Origin: Azolla caroliniana
Taxonomy: Eukaryota > Plantae > Polypodiophyta
Reading direction: 5' to 3'
DNA length: 64,000 nt
NCBI GenBank assembly: GCA_043228905.1
Contig: JBHGNT010000017.1
Location: 13,578,001 to 13,642,000 of the forward strand
Below, in pieces: positions 50,122-62,700 of the stretch; position 1 is the first letter of the stretch; each line of letters begins with the position of its first letter. The notes below the pieces were generated by a model. It was given only the letters and a program-made list of their open reading frames with translations. It did not search any database and had not been told where the DNA came from. A program made the position numbers and the translations under genes.

Positions 50122-52575
50122 TGTTGTGAATATCACGGCACCAACAAAGACAACAAGCTCAACCAACCATAGGAAAAATGGGGGGGGGGGGGGGGTTAGG
50201 ACAAACCAAAGGATCAATGTAGCCCACTAGGCATCCCAGAGTGAAAGGGAGATACTTACTTGTAAAAAGCTACAAAAGCCACCTTTTGTTGAAGGCCAAA
50301 CTTCATTCTTGAGAGTTCTCTTCCTATTAGCATATTAAGCTCCTTTATCTCTCGAATTCTTATTCGAGCAGCCAAACTCTAATCGTTGTCTCTTGTATGG
50401 TGTTTAACCTCCTTGTATCAAGAAGAATAGTTATTAATAAAGTACCTTTCTTGTGTTCATTTTGTCCATCTCCTAATCGTTAAGTGGTTAGCTCGCTAAC
50501 CATAGGTTTCACTACTAAACCAAGCATCATCTTTCCTACCATTTTTAAATCTTTTTGGTGCCACAAAACACGAACCTACAATGATCACAAGGTGACGCGC
50601 CTTCGACTCTTAAGAGCCTCCTACCTTCATCTAAAAATGTGAGGGTCTAACCAAGGGTGGACTGACATCTTTAAACCCCGCACCACACCACAAGTTGAAA
50701 TGGCCCGAATTGACACGAACATAGACGCCACCACTTCCAACAATCCCACAAGATATTATGGTGGTTGGTTGACACATGGAATACTCCCAAATGTAAAGCA
50801 TAGTCTCGGCCCACCAAGCAAGTGCACTTCCCGAAGCCACACCCAAGCAAGTAAGGACCCCTAAAAGGCATCAGAACCTCACATTTTTATAATATATATA
50901 TATATATATATGAATAACATCTGAATCATTCGTAGCGTCATCTTCGGGATAGACCCAACTAATGTCAATAATTCAACCTCTTCCACCAATAGGAACTTTC
51001 AAGCAACTTTCAATCAACACGTACATGATATTGCCCAAGAACTTCGGGATATAGAGCAAGAAATTGAGTTATGGACACATCAATTCACTAAAAACGAGCC
51101 CCCCTGGTCATTAATGTAAGTAATAGAGGTGGCTCAAGACATTACAAAACCTCTCATGATACATGGGTCATACTCACATACCCTCTCTAGTACAACTAGC
51201 AGCAACCCACACTTGGGGCAAGCTCGAGAATCACCTCACCCATGGAGCCAAGATGCTAACTTAGCAATACCACAACAACCTCTCCCACCTCCTAACATTG
51301 AGCTAATAGTTGCACTCCAATCTATCCAGACTTTAGTGTCGTTGCTGGAATGAGATGACTACGGCCAAAGGGCCAAGAAACCCCACAAAGGATAGTGGGA
51401 AAAGCACTTTCTCGGATTTTAGACATGCTTATGACCATGTCGAACACTTCAAGAAGATCCATCGAGCATACGAACCAATCTCGAAAGCTACAAAAGTCGC
51501 AGCATTTGGCTTCACACTCGATGACCAAACTAGAATATGGTTATGAACCCTCGTTGATAACATTGAGATAGATTTCAATTATGTCATTGAGGACTTCTTG
51601 ACAAATTTTGCTTGGCATGGAATCAAATGGAACCCGTTAGATCAGTTGTTCTCTCTCAAGCAAGATGCAAAGGAGACAGGTTGTTCACTATTATATACGC
51701 CACACCAAGAGCCTCCATAACATATGCAACACCAACGACAAAATGTCAGATGACAAGGTCATGAGCCGCTTCATCAATGGCCTCTATGATCGTACGCTAC
51801 AGAATTTCCTCATAGCAAGGATGTGTAGATGATTCACTAAGGCATGTTCGGTGGTGACGACATTTGAGGACTCTATGACCAGACTTGAAGTGTCTACTCA
51901 AGCACCAACTAACAAATGCGATTGTACCCCCAAAACACGCAGGTGGAGTGATCACAAGCTTATGCCACAAGAGAAAACATTCCTTGTCCAACATGCCAAG
52001 GACACCATACATGGCACAAATGTCCTCTCTTGCACCAACACCCTCAATATTGTAAGTGTTGCAAAGTTTTCGTCATGAACGCATAAGAAAATTGTTGGGA
52101 AGCCCCCATTGAACTATTTGGGCAAGGTCCACTAATTGAACATCGAAGATCACCCCCTAGACTAGTTCGCTCGACATCCCTGGCTATCCTTCCACAACAA
52201 CCACCCCTTCCTCAAATCATAACCCGATTAGCCAAACACGATAGAGATGACTGCATTTAGGTTGGGGGAGTGTAACTATGTACACTACTTATGAGGGGCA
52301 ATATCATGACTCCGAAGTCATAGAGGAAGTTCTCTCACATTTCATCGATATTGAAGGCGATCAAATCCCACGAGGATTTCCAATAGGATACCGCAAAGGG
52401 GCAAGGAGACCTGAGTTGAAGTGCTTTAATTGCCAAGGACCGCACATGGTGTTGAAGATTCAATCTTGACATATCTGGCCTCAAGGTTCTAAATCATAAC
52501 AATTGTAATAAGCAGAGTCCAAATTGGATGTCATCTATTCCCCTAAATCCCTCTTAAGAAATTCTTTTTTTTTTC
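50122..52575 (+). mobile_element. Highly decayed gypsy-like remnant (possible LTR ~50122-50580; gag with zinc knuckle)
   Basis: Gag-like fragments KVAAFGFTLDDQTRIWL and QLFSLKQDAKE, knuckle CFNCQGPH; LTR boundaries uncertain. Confidence 0.5.
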
Positions 52576-52779
52576 TTACATTCCCAGATCTTCTTTTTTT
52601 TTCTTCAAAGATTTTCCTCATTAGTATTAAGAAAAACATGTGAATGCTACAGCTTAAGCTTATGTGCACAAAAGCTTACAATTTTCATGTACAATGATAT
52701 ACGATAATCCTAAGACCAAAGCTAGAACTTTGTAAAAGGTAATTTATTTTATTTTATTTTTTTGCATTCTGTCATGCTT

Positions 52780-54660
52780 CATTGAGGGTCCAAGGAAGTT
52801 GATAGTTCCATTGAGGCCCTTGAGTTGACTCAGAGAATAGGGGTAACTTTTTCTATAAGTGAAGGAGCTTCTTCTTTCTCTTGTTCATAGTCTCTAGTGA
52901 ACCTTGCATGTTGTCATACTGGCCGCGGACTACTGCCATCAAGTTCTCCCATATCTCACGCAAGACATCTGAGAGACACTTATATGGTGCATCATAACGT
53001 CAGTTGCATCGACATTTCCATAATGCCCATAACGTTATTGTAGTCACTGTTTTCCATATCTGGGCAGATCACGCCTGCTTTCGAGGCTGTTGAAAGGGGC
53101 TGACCAATATCAATCTTCTATTATGTACCATCATTGCCTCTTGAACATCGTTTGCCTCATACAACATCAAACTGGAATGTAACACTCCCCACATTGCTTA
53201 TCCCCATGGAAATAAGCAACCAACATTGATTGTTAAAAATAACGAAAGAACGTCATTCCATACATGTTGAGCCAAGGAACATGACCAAAGGGCATGATGC
53301 TTGGTAGTCTCTTGCGCTTCGTGGCAAAAGTTACATTGTTGAAGATTAGGTGTTACATTCCCTTTCAATGAGTGACCAACTAGTAAGGCCATATGCACTA
53401 ATAGCCATCTGAAGAGAATAAATTTAGTTCGCCCCTTGAATGACCAAATCCATTTCCAATAGGTTTTCAAATCCAAAGTTGAGACCCCCCAAGTGGTCCA
53501 ATGTTTCTGAGTTGCTGGTATCCTTGCATTTCGAGAAAGCAATAGTGCTCTTCCAAGTTTTACTAAGTATTGAAAGAAAGGAACCTTTATGATCTATGCC
53601 CCCAAGGAATGTGACCAAAAGCAACCCCCTGGGTCCCATGTTAATCTTGCAACCGGGTCTTTTGCATATAACCACAACATATAACACGTATGAGCAATTG
53701 AAGGATAAGGATCGAGCATCCATTTCTTTCCAAATTTAGCAACGACTCTAATTGGTGCACTTCGCCAATGTTGTAGATAACTGCACTCTAAGGTGTAAGG
53801 TTGTACTGTATGATTGTCTAGGACCTTAAAGTAAGAAGGGCACCCGTTAGGTGAAACTGCCTTGACAGCCACCAATGTGTCATTTATGAAGCATCCAAAC
53901 CACATATGTTCCTTCATGGGTTGAAAGGTTGTAGAAAACGAAGAATGTGCTGCTGATATACTAGCGGTCATTATCTTGGCACCATGAACTAATTATAATT
54001 GTGCAAGACGATCTTCTTGTGACATTTGCTGAAAATGATTCCACATTCTTACAAATGCAGCAGGCCCATTATCCAATATTCCTCAGGCAAGTTCTTAGGC
54101 CCAACACTTTTCCTGCATTATCCCGAAATAAAGAATTGGCAAGAAGAGGTTGATTAAGTAGCGCATCCCACGTAGAAGCCTTGTCCTTAAGCAAGAATGA
54201 CTTAATCACATCCCATGCCCTTATGATTCCTTGCAAAAATCTATTGGATGCAAGATCCCGCCTTAGTGATTGTACATCATTCAGGAATAACCATTTTAAA
54301 GAGGGTGACCAAACACCGCCCGTCTTAGGACTTAACTACATCAACTGATTTAGAAATATCTCTTTCCAAGATTCTGATCCTGGCAGCAATCCTCTAATCA
54401 CAAACTTAGTCAAAAGGGCTCTTGACTACATTAAAGGGTCTATCAAACCCAAACCTCCATTGCTTTTAGGTTATATTAACACATTCCAAGCAACTTTGGC
54501 TACTGTTGGAGATCCTTGTTTTTCCCCCTAGAGGAAATTCTGGGTCAAACTTTGCACTTTCATTATTGCAAAACTAGAAAATAGCCAAACGGATGCTATA
54601 AACCACATTGAAGCCAGCAATACAGAGTTGGCTACAACAACCCAACCTGCAAAGGACAAT
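52780..54660 (-). pseudogene. LINE ORF2 C-terminal part (post-RT region, zf-RVT)
   Basis: LSFAGWVVVANSVLLASMWF, AKVAWNVLI..KSNGGLGLIDP, WKWIWSFKGRTKFILFRWLLVH..CNFCHEAQETTKHHALWSC. Confidence 0.88.
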
Positions 54661-57600
54661 TGTTGGGCATCCCAATGTATAAGGGCTTACCAAATCAATG
54701 TTTTCGATGTTTTGGATTTGGACATTTGGCAAAGAATTTCCCAAAACTTATTAAAGATATTGATAAGCATTTCCCTATCACAAATATAATGTCATCTCAA
54801 GATAGATCTGATGGTTGGACTGAGGTGGGGCGTAGGAAGACACCTTCACAAGTATATCATGATAAACCTCACCATGTGGCTAGTAATAGTCTAAAGGAAT
54901 TTCCTCCCTTACAAAATAGGTATTCTACTCTGTATGTAGAACAAGACCGTCCAAATGAGGTGAATGTTTTAGACCACTCATCATCCCATCTTCCTCAACA
55001 GAGGCTTGACCCAGTTTCTTCCTCACAAAAAATGGATCTACATTCCATCCAGTTGCTTAAGTCCTTTCCGAGGTTAGTAGTAGGTCAACCACCCTTGAAA
55101 ATTGTGGAGAATCAACAGTTGTCGTTACATCTGTTAATTTGGTTTCTTCTCAAAAATCAAAGCAAAAGGTTGTTTACACTCAACATATGTTGGGTGTAGA
55201 AATGCCTCAAAGTGTCACGAGGAGTGGAGCGAACCAACAGCTCCAAGTCTCTGGTAATTCAAATCTTGTCAATAATCTCTCAGGACAACTTTTTTCTGGG
55301 TCAACCAAACAGTGTAGACAAACTACCTTGTGCTGGATTTCAATTTACAGTTTCACAAGATTCTTTGACAACTCAAACCACTCAAAAGCAAGTTAAGGAA
55401 CACACGGTGCATAAGTATGTAGGGAATTCTTGATTTTAAAAAGACAAGCAAGAGCTCAGGAGGATGCTCAGAAAGGTTGTCAGGAGGCTTTGTTTGAGAA
55501 AAGGACAACACTAAAACCTAAGTAATATGGACACCCTCCATTTTCTTTCCTAGAATGTTTTCGTAGAGTTAAAGGACTCTTACGATCAGATTTACACAGT
55601 TCTACTGTTGGTATTATTGATATTTTGTTTCTACTAGAGCACCACATGTGCATGGATAGGATTCAAAAATATGGTTCCATTTTACCAAGACGGTGGACTC
55701 ATTTCTAGGTTCCTGCATTTGGCCCTAATGGCCGTCATGTTGGATTATGCATTGCTATTAGACAACAATTGGAGTCTAACATCGTGTCAACAGCTACTAC
55801 TATGAATAAACGAGCACAATTCCTTATTTTAAAAAGAGGATCACAGAAGGTTGGCCTTATGAATCTTTATGCCTCTAATTCTGCGTCAGAAAGGGCAAAT
55901 TTATGGTTATCTCTTTCTGATTATGTGGATTTAGCAGATTGTTGCTTAGTGGGAGGTGACTTCAATATGATTGAGGATGCCACTGATAGATTGGGAGGTG
56001 TAGATACTACTATTTCAGGACGGGAAGCTAAATGTTGGGATTATTTTTGTTTTGCCTTTGGGTTGCTTGATTTATGGAAGGTGCACTCGTTTTCACGCAT
56101 ACAAGGATCCCTTCAGTTCTCTCGATCATATGGGAGTGTGGTTGTTACAAATTTGTCTTCACTAGATAGATTTTATGCTAGTAGTGTATTTTGGGAGGCC
56201 GGTGGGTCCCTAGGAATTATTCTGGGTTCAGTTATCTTCGACCATGATCCTCTGAAGCTACATGTTACATTTACCAAGAGGTGATACTCCAAGAAATTGT
56301 GTATCCCTCCTTCATCCCAATCTAATGATAATCGCAAGATGTCAATCACTCAGATATGGTCCCGTTACAACTTTTCAAACAATTGTTTGCTTCAATATGG
56401 TTCATGCCATACTCAATACAAAGACTCTATTCACAAAAATAATTGCAACATTAGTTAATCATTGTAACTCAGAGATTGCCAACCTACGTCGTGCTCTTGC
56501 AGCAGTACAACAACTGTTGGAAAGGTATCCAGCTTCATCTATGTTACATTGTGACTTGCAACAAGTGAAAAGCGTTTTAAAAGATAAACAGGAGGAATGC
56601 TCAATGTTCTTCTACTAACGTAATGTTGCTCGTTGGTCACAAAGGCAAGGTCAGGTCAACAAAGAATTTTTTAATCAATTTAAACGGAAAAATAAACCTC
56701 TTTCTATTACCTCTTTGAAGCGGCTTGATGGATCCTACATATGAGATGAATCTGAGATGCAAGATATAGTCTCGGATTACTACCATCAGCGGTTGTGTGC
56801 AGAATCTTTTTCAGCAGATAGTCTTTACAAGAGACAAGTTGTTCTTGCAACTGTTCAACTAAAGGTTACATATTGTTAACTCTTAGGGCCAGACAATGGC
56901 CTAACACAGGGTGTCTACGGAAGACACTTCACCAAAGGGGTGTTACGGCAACAGGATTAGACTCAACGATTAATCCGACTTAATTAGGTTACTTAGCATG
57001 ATCGTCTTTAATAATCACACACGTAAGATATAACAATGAATGCAGAACGGCAATTAACACAGAGAGATAACAACACTAAGCTTTATTAATTAACCGTTGT
57101 TCATTACATTGTATCCGGGCCTTTAAATAGGTTTCCGGTCTGTATTACAAAACGGTGCCATCCGCACCTGTTCGGGATCGGTCCGGATCCGGAACGGCAT
57201 ACCGATTCTGGTCCGTCCATCCACACTCATAGCTTACTTACAACCATTCCTACTAATTAAATAACTCCCCGTTTCACACTCTGGACTCCTTTGCCGGCCA
57301 GTAACACATGGCACGCCCGTGGGACAGTACCTTGTACGTCGAATCCACAACCGACCCTTGCTATTCTTCGTCCAAAATATCCAGAATGCTTTGTTCGAGA
57401 GTCTCCAATGGTTCATCTGGAATTGGTTGTTGTTGTTGTTGTTGCTGCTGCTATTGCTGCTCTGTTGATGTCTGCTGCGATGTGTCCGTTGGTGGCTGCT
57501 GCGGCTGCTACCGTCATCCGGGTGCGATGTTTGTTGTAACCAGAGGGAGTCCTCCGCTACTCTCCGGATTACGTTGGAAAACGAGCGATCCGCTCTAATT

Positions 57601-58805
57601 TCCTGCGCCGCTTGCTGGAAAGCCTCACGTCTCCTTTGCCTTTCGGCAAGGCGTCGAGTTCGATCTATAACCAGGTCATGCGTTGATCTAGTCATCCATC
57701 CGTGCCATCGTTCGCTGCAAAAACAGGAATCGTGGTCGCCAAAAATTGTGTTAACTCTTAGGGTCGGACAATGGCCTAACACAGGGTGTCTACGGAAGAC
57801 ACTTCACCAAAGGGGTGTTACAGCAACAGGATTAGACTCAACGATTAATCCGACTTAATTAGGTTACTTAGCATGATCGTCTTTAATAATCACATGCGTA
57901 AGATATAACAATGAATGCAGAACAACAATTAACACAGAGAGATAACAACACTAAGCTTTATTAATTAACCACTGTTCATTACATTGTATCCGGGCCTTTA
58001 AATAGGTTTCCGGTCTGTATTACAAAACGGTGCCATCCGCACCTGTTCGGGATCGGTCCGGATCCGGAACGGCATACCGATTCCGGTCCGTCCGTCCACA
58101 CTCATAGCTTACTTACAACCATTCCTACTAATTAAATAACTCCCCGTTTCACACTCTGGACTCCTTTGCCGGCCGGTAACACATATGTAATGGCATCTCA
58201 TTTATTGCAACCATTCACACCACAGGAGGTCTTTTCTGCAGCTAAATCCTTAGGAAAGTATGTCTGTTCGGGAAAAGATGGAATAGGAGTTGGTTTATAT
58301 TTGCATTATTGGAATTTTCTGGGTCCCCTACTTACTAGAGCGGTTAATTTAATATTTTCAAGCGGTAGTATGCTTGCGGAATGGACAGAAGGAATCATAT
58401 ATATGATCCCTAAGTCGGATGCCCAGTGTGATGAAGTTGCCAAGTGGAGGCCAATAGCATTGCTTAATGATGTGTACAAGATTGTGGCAAAAACCATTGC
58501 TCTCAGACTAAGTTCAGTGTTGTCGTCTATTATTCATGACACTCAATCTGGCTTTTTGCAAGATAGAAGCATTTTTTATATCATCTTTTTGTTTTGGGAA
58601 ATGGTTGCTTTAGCTCAACAAAATAAACAATAGCTTGCAATATTTTTGCTTGACTTTGAGAAGGCTTATGATAAAGTAGATTGGGACTTTCTTGAGGAAG
58701 TGCTGTCAAGATTAGGCTTTCCTGTTGCATGGATAAAAGGTGTCTCTGCCCTATATATGCATGCTTCTAGTCCCGTCTTGTTTGTTGGAGGATATGGGCC
58801 ATTAT
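54661..58805 (+). pseudogene. Inverted LINE segment: ORF1 zinc knuckle, APE endonuclease, N-terminal half of RT
   Basis: CFRCFGFGHLAKN; NLYASNS, GGDFNMIE, LDRFY, FDHDPL; SGKDGI, WRPIALLNDVYKIVAK, QSGFLQDRSI, LDFEKAYDKVDWDFL. Confidence 0.9.
56874..58181 (-). mobile_element. Small non-autonomous LTR retroelement (TRIM-like/internally deleted, probably non-chromovirus gypsy-derived)
   Basis: 433-bp LTRs 56874-57306 and 57749-58181 (TGTTA...TAACA; 12 transitions counted); TSD CATAT (56869-56873, 58182-58186); 442-bp interior; orientation inferred from TATA-like CCTATTTAAAG followed by AATAAA on minus. Confidence 0.95.
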
Positions 58806-61800
58806 TTACATTTCCAGATCTTCCTAAATTAGATGTGACGAATATTCAAACTTGAGATATCTTGTCTCAAATGTTCTAAATCGCATCAATGTAATAAGTA
58901 TTGTTGGTGAACCTTATTTAAAATACTAAATTTCTGATTTTGGGTTATCTACTTCTCAAATTGGTACAAGGACAATCTTTCCCTTTGCATCATCATAAGT
59001 CTCACACGGAAAATTGTCTCTTAACACTTTAAACCCCTTTCCTTGCCACCACCACCCAATAACCTTTTGAGTGTGCTAGCCCTACCATGGCCAATCACCT
59101 CTACCATAGCATTAAAATTTGGGGAGTCATCTTCAACAATGGGCATTACCATAGTAGAGGCTAAAGAAAACGCCATTTGTGTCTTTCTAAATGACCAACA
59201 TAAAAGGGAGCTTATATGGATGTGAAATAAAGAGTTATAGACTAAAGACAATGGATATTATCATAGAAGTGGTTGAACTAGCCATTGTTGGCACATCCTT
59301 GAAGGGTCAACGCAAAAGGGAATTAATATGGTTGCACAATAATGGCGAGTACACTAAACTAACCATCCCCTCCACTGCTCAAAAATCCTTGAAAATAATA
59401 CAAAGTGGGCATATAACCCTTTACCAGATAAAGTGGCTTGTAGACTAGCTCATCCAAGCTACTCACAATATGAGACAAAAATATGTTGAGTGGGAAAAGG
59501 TGATAATCAAGTTTTGCCAATAAGAATAATAAAAAATTGATCACCTTTGTGTTGAACTCAAAAAAGTGTACAAGTCAGAAACACTTCATATGTATCAAAG
59601 TCGCCACATGACAAGAATTTATCTTCTTAGCACAACATCATGTGCTCCTTCAACATCTCCCTCATCGAAGCATAGAAGAAGGTCGTTGATGCAATCCAAT
59701 GGATAGTTGAGCTCATGAATCGGCCCCATGTTGTCATGACACGAGCCAAGATTCAATAGTTCAACTCACCATTGCAGAAGCTCCTCTCAAGATGCTTGCT
59801 ATGAAGCTCTATGAGGCCAAGGAATGTAGCAAGGCCTCCAAAGTACATGTCCATCTAGAAGATGATGTCATTGTGCTAGACATCACTACAATTATTAGCG
59901 AACATACACATGTTGCAAGTCAAACCTTTAGAACCACTACATATGGTTTAAGGCCAAAAAAGAAAAAGGCATGAGAGGCATTTATAAAACAAAAAATGTT
60001 GGGGCAACACACCTCGTTGGCCCAAGACTGAGTTGTTATTATGGACCACCAACTCATGTGGGCGATGGACCTCCTGTAGAGATCCATTACGGAAACTCTA
60101 GCCACTTCCAAAAATGTTGATGTGGTAGAGCAAAACATTGTCACCACTTAAACCAAAGCCAACGCAATGGACATTATAGTAACATAACTAGAAAAATAAT
60201 TAGCCACAATTTAGATTGCATCCAACCATTGGGAGAATAAACCATGATGCAAAGTTGAGAGTAAAACACTTTCCATGCTATTCTGCAAGGAATAACAACA
60301 TTTTAGTTTGGTGACAAATGAGTTTGTCATTGACCAACAACATTAATTGAACTCCAAAAATTGTCACGAGTACAAACAAGGACACTTAGATATATTATAA
60401 TATTAATCAATAGTTTATTTCTATTTGTAAATTTTTATATTATAAACATACTTCTTCTCCTTAATACTTATAATAAAAATTTCTTTTTCCTATTTTCCTT
60501 CTTGATTCAATATTGTTTTTGGCTTCAACCATTGTCTACTTCAAACAAAATTCTCACCTCTAAAAAAAGTCAACGTAGTTGAAGTCATTGTGGACCATAC
60601 TTGCAAGTCTAAGAACATGACAGATATGGAAACATTGCAACCGCAAAATCTTCCAAGGGAAACCCATCCCGCCAATAGAGGTAATCATGGAACTTTGGGA
60701 CTTTTATAGATGTATCCCCCATATATGCTACGTGTGAAAAGGCCAAAACTAGTCTTCCACTTAGTTGTGTGTGGAGAGTTTGGTGTGCGTGTGAGCGAGT
60801 GTGTGAGAGACTTCTTCCTCTCTATTGTTTTTCCCCCCCTCTCTCTCTATTGCAGAGATTCACTACCTTTCCGCTCTGTTGTAACCTCCACCCTCCTGTT
60901 GTATAGAGTGTCGTCTATTGACCCCTTCTTCGTCCTTGTTGTCCTTGCATTACGATTAAGAGTAGAACAAAACAATTCTCCCTTGGTTCTCTACTCTACC
61001 TACTCGTAATACGGATCACCTCATCGCCTTCTCATCGCCTTCCGTGGTGGGTCAAATGAAGATTTTCAAGGTGAAACATGCAGCCTTCATTTTGAAATGG
61101 AGTGGAATGTCAATGTTGCGATTGCAAGGCGTCAATATACAATGGTGCTATCTCCCACCGAAATGGCTCTTCCCACCGAGGACTACCCTCATGCGACATT
61201 CCCTCACCATCCTTGGATTGTAGAAGGATCCCTCCAGGCTTCACGTTTTTAGAGTTAATCAAAGCCAAGGAGCTCTATATGAAGCGTGGCCCTTGTACAT
61301 ATGATATCTCTTGTATTTCTTCCTAACTAATGGGTAGCATATTTTTTTGGAAAAATAAAAAAATAAAAAAATTATCACTTCCTCCATTCAAAGAATCTTC
61401 AATAGCTTTCCTTGTAACGATCGAGTATGCAAAAATACATGCACAAATTGTCAAAGGTTGAGTGCTTTACAACTACATTTGTGGCAATAGGGCACGAGCA
61501 TTAGAGGCCTCTTGGTTGGTTGCAACACATGAATGTTGATGTCAAATTATATATGTTCTCCAACTAGATAGTCAACAAAATGTGCAATGTATAGCACTTG
61601 ACCTTGTACTTTCCTAGCTCAAGCCCTGTTTAGCTTGCCTATACATGACATACATTGAGCCAAAAATAAGTCTTTTAGGTAATACGTTGACCTCCTAATC
61701 TTGTTTAGTATCTGACTTTGTTGCACTGTCTATTCTATAGTCAAGCTTACAAGATAACCATTTTCATTATAAAATTGAATTATAACAGCTTGTCAAACTT

Positions 61801-62149
61801 TGAAAAATGTATTTTAAGATCAAGACATAGTGAGAAATTGATATATTTATATCTATGTATGTAATACATATTTAACCTTCATGACTGTCAAATTATGGAT
61901 AGACAGTTAAGAGTGAGAGAATTAATATGAATTATTGTATAAATACTTTGATTTTTTTAACTTAAAGAATAAAATTATTGATAAAAAACTTTGGTTAGCT
62001 ATCATTAATTGTGAGAATGATTTCTAAACATATGGGAAACTTGTTAGTAAGACAAACTTTAAAATAAAAAAGTAAAGAGATTATGAGAAATCCTTCTTGC
62101 ATATCTCCTTTGGATCCACCAATATAACAAGTAGGTGTTAATGGTACGA

Positions 62150-62700
62150 CACTTGTTAGTGGTTGCACTAGAAGGATCTATACAAATTTTACTTGATATG
62201 TTTGAGAAGTTCAAATATCAGTATTTTATTCAGAATTTATATGAAATATATAGCATCCATGTAGTCAAATCGTTCTTTGAGAAACAAGAGGATTGGAAGA
62301 TACTTAACACAAAGTCTCAAGGTATAGGCATCGACTAAATACTATGGGTGAGAAAAAAAGAAGACATGATGTTGAAACAACTAAACCATTCTTAAGGGAA
62401 CTGAGTGACATAGCAGATATTAGGCTGACGCATAACATGTTGTAACATTTTCAATAGAATATCTACTTTCGTAATGGCAATGGCACACTTTATGGGATAC
62501 TTTAGAAAAGAAAGCCTAATGTCACGATCCTTGAATTATATGATAGTTGTCTTTGCTACTTTCATGTGGACGATTGGTTGTGAAAAAAGCTAGATGCCAA
62601 AACCATAGAAATGAATTTTTCTAGGAGATTGATACAACAAAAAAATGTAAAGATAATACGATCAAAAGTTTATTCCATGATGTGAATGAACCGTATTACT
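62150..62700 (+). pseudogene. Very decayed copia integrase remnant
   Basis: CLCYFHVDDWL*KKLDAKTIEMNF resembles the copia GC.AYVHV..RKKLD.K motif. Confidence 0.45.

Larger units (their letters stand above)
52594..58805 (-). mobile_element. L1-clade LINE insertion with an inverted 5' segment (twin-priming structure)
   Basis: Poly-T at 52594; 18-bp TSD TTACATT(C/T)CCAGATCTTC at 52576-52593 and 58806-58823; 3' part on minus, 5' part on plus. Confidence 0.9.

Noticed and set aside
56874-57306. Cassandra-type TRIM (5S rRNA inside the LTR)
   Set aside because: No 5S-like sequence or A/C boxes visible, and the PBS is not tRNA-iMet
57234-57782. 182-aa minus-strand ORF as a host gene
   Set aside because: Starts and ends inside the LTRs; at most a remnant of a gag N-terminus
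60590-61330. Possible CACTA 5' region (CQCCDCK ORF)
   Set aside because: No terminal CACTA motif or TIR identified; the motif is too short
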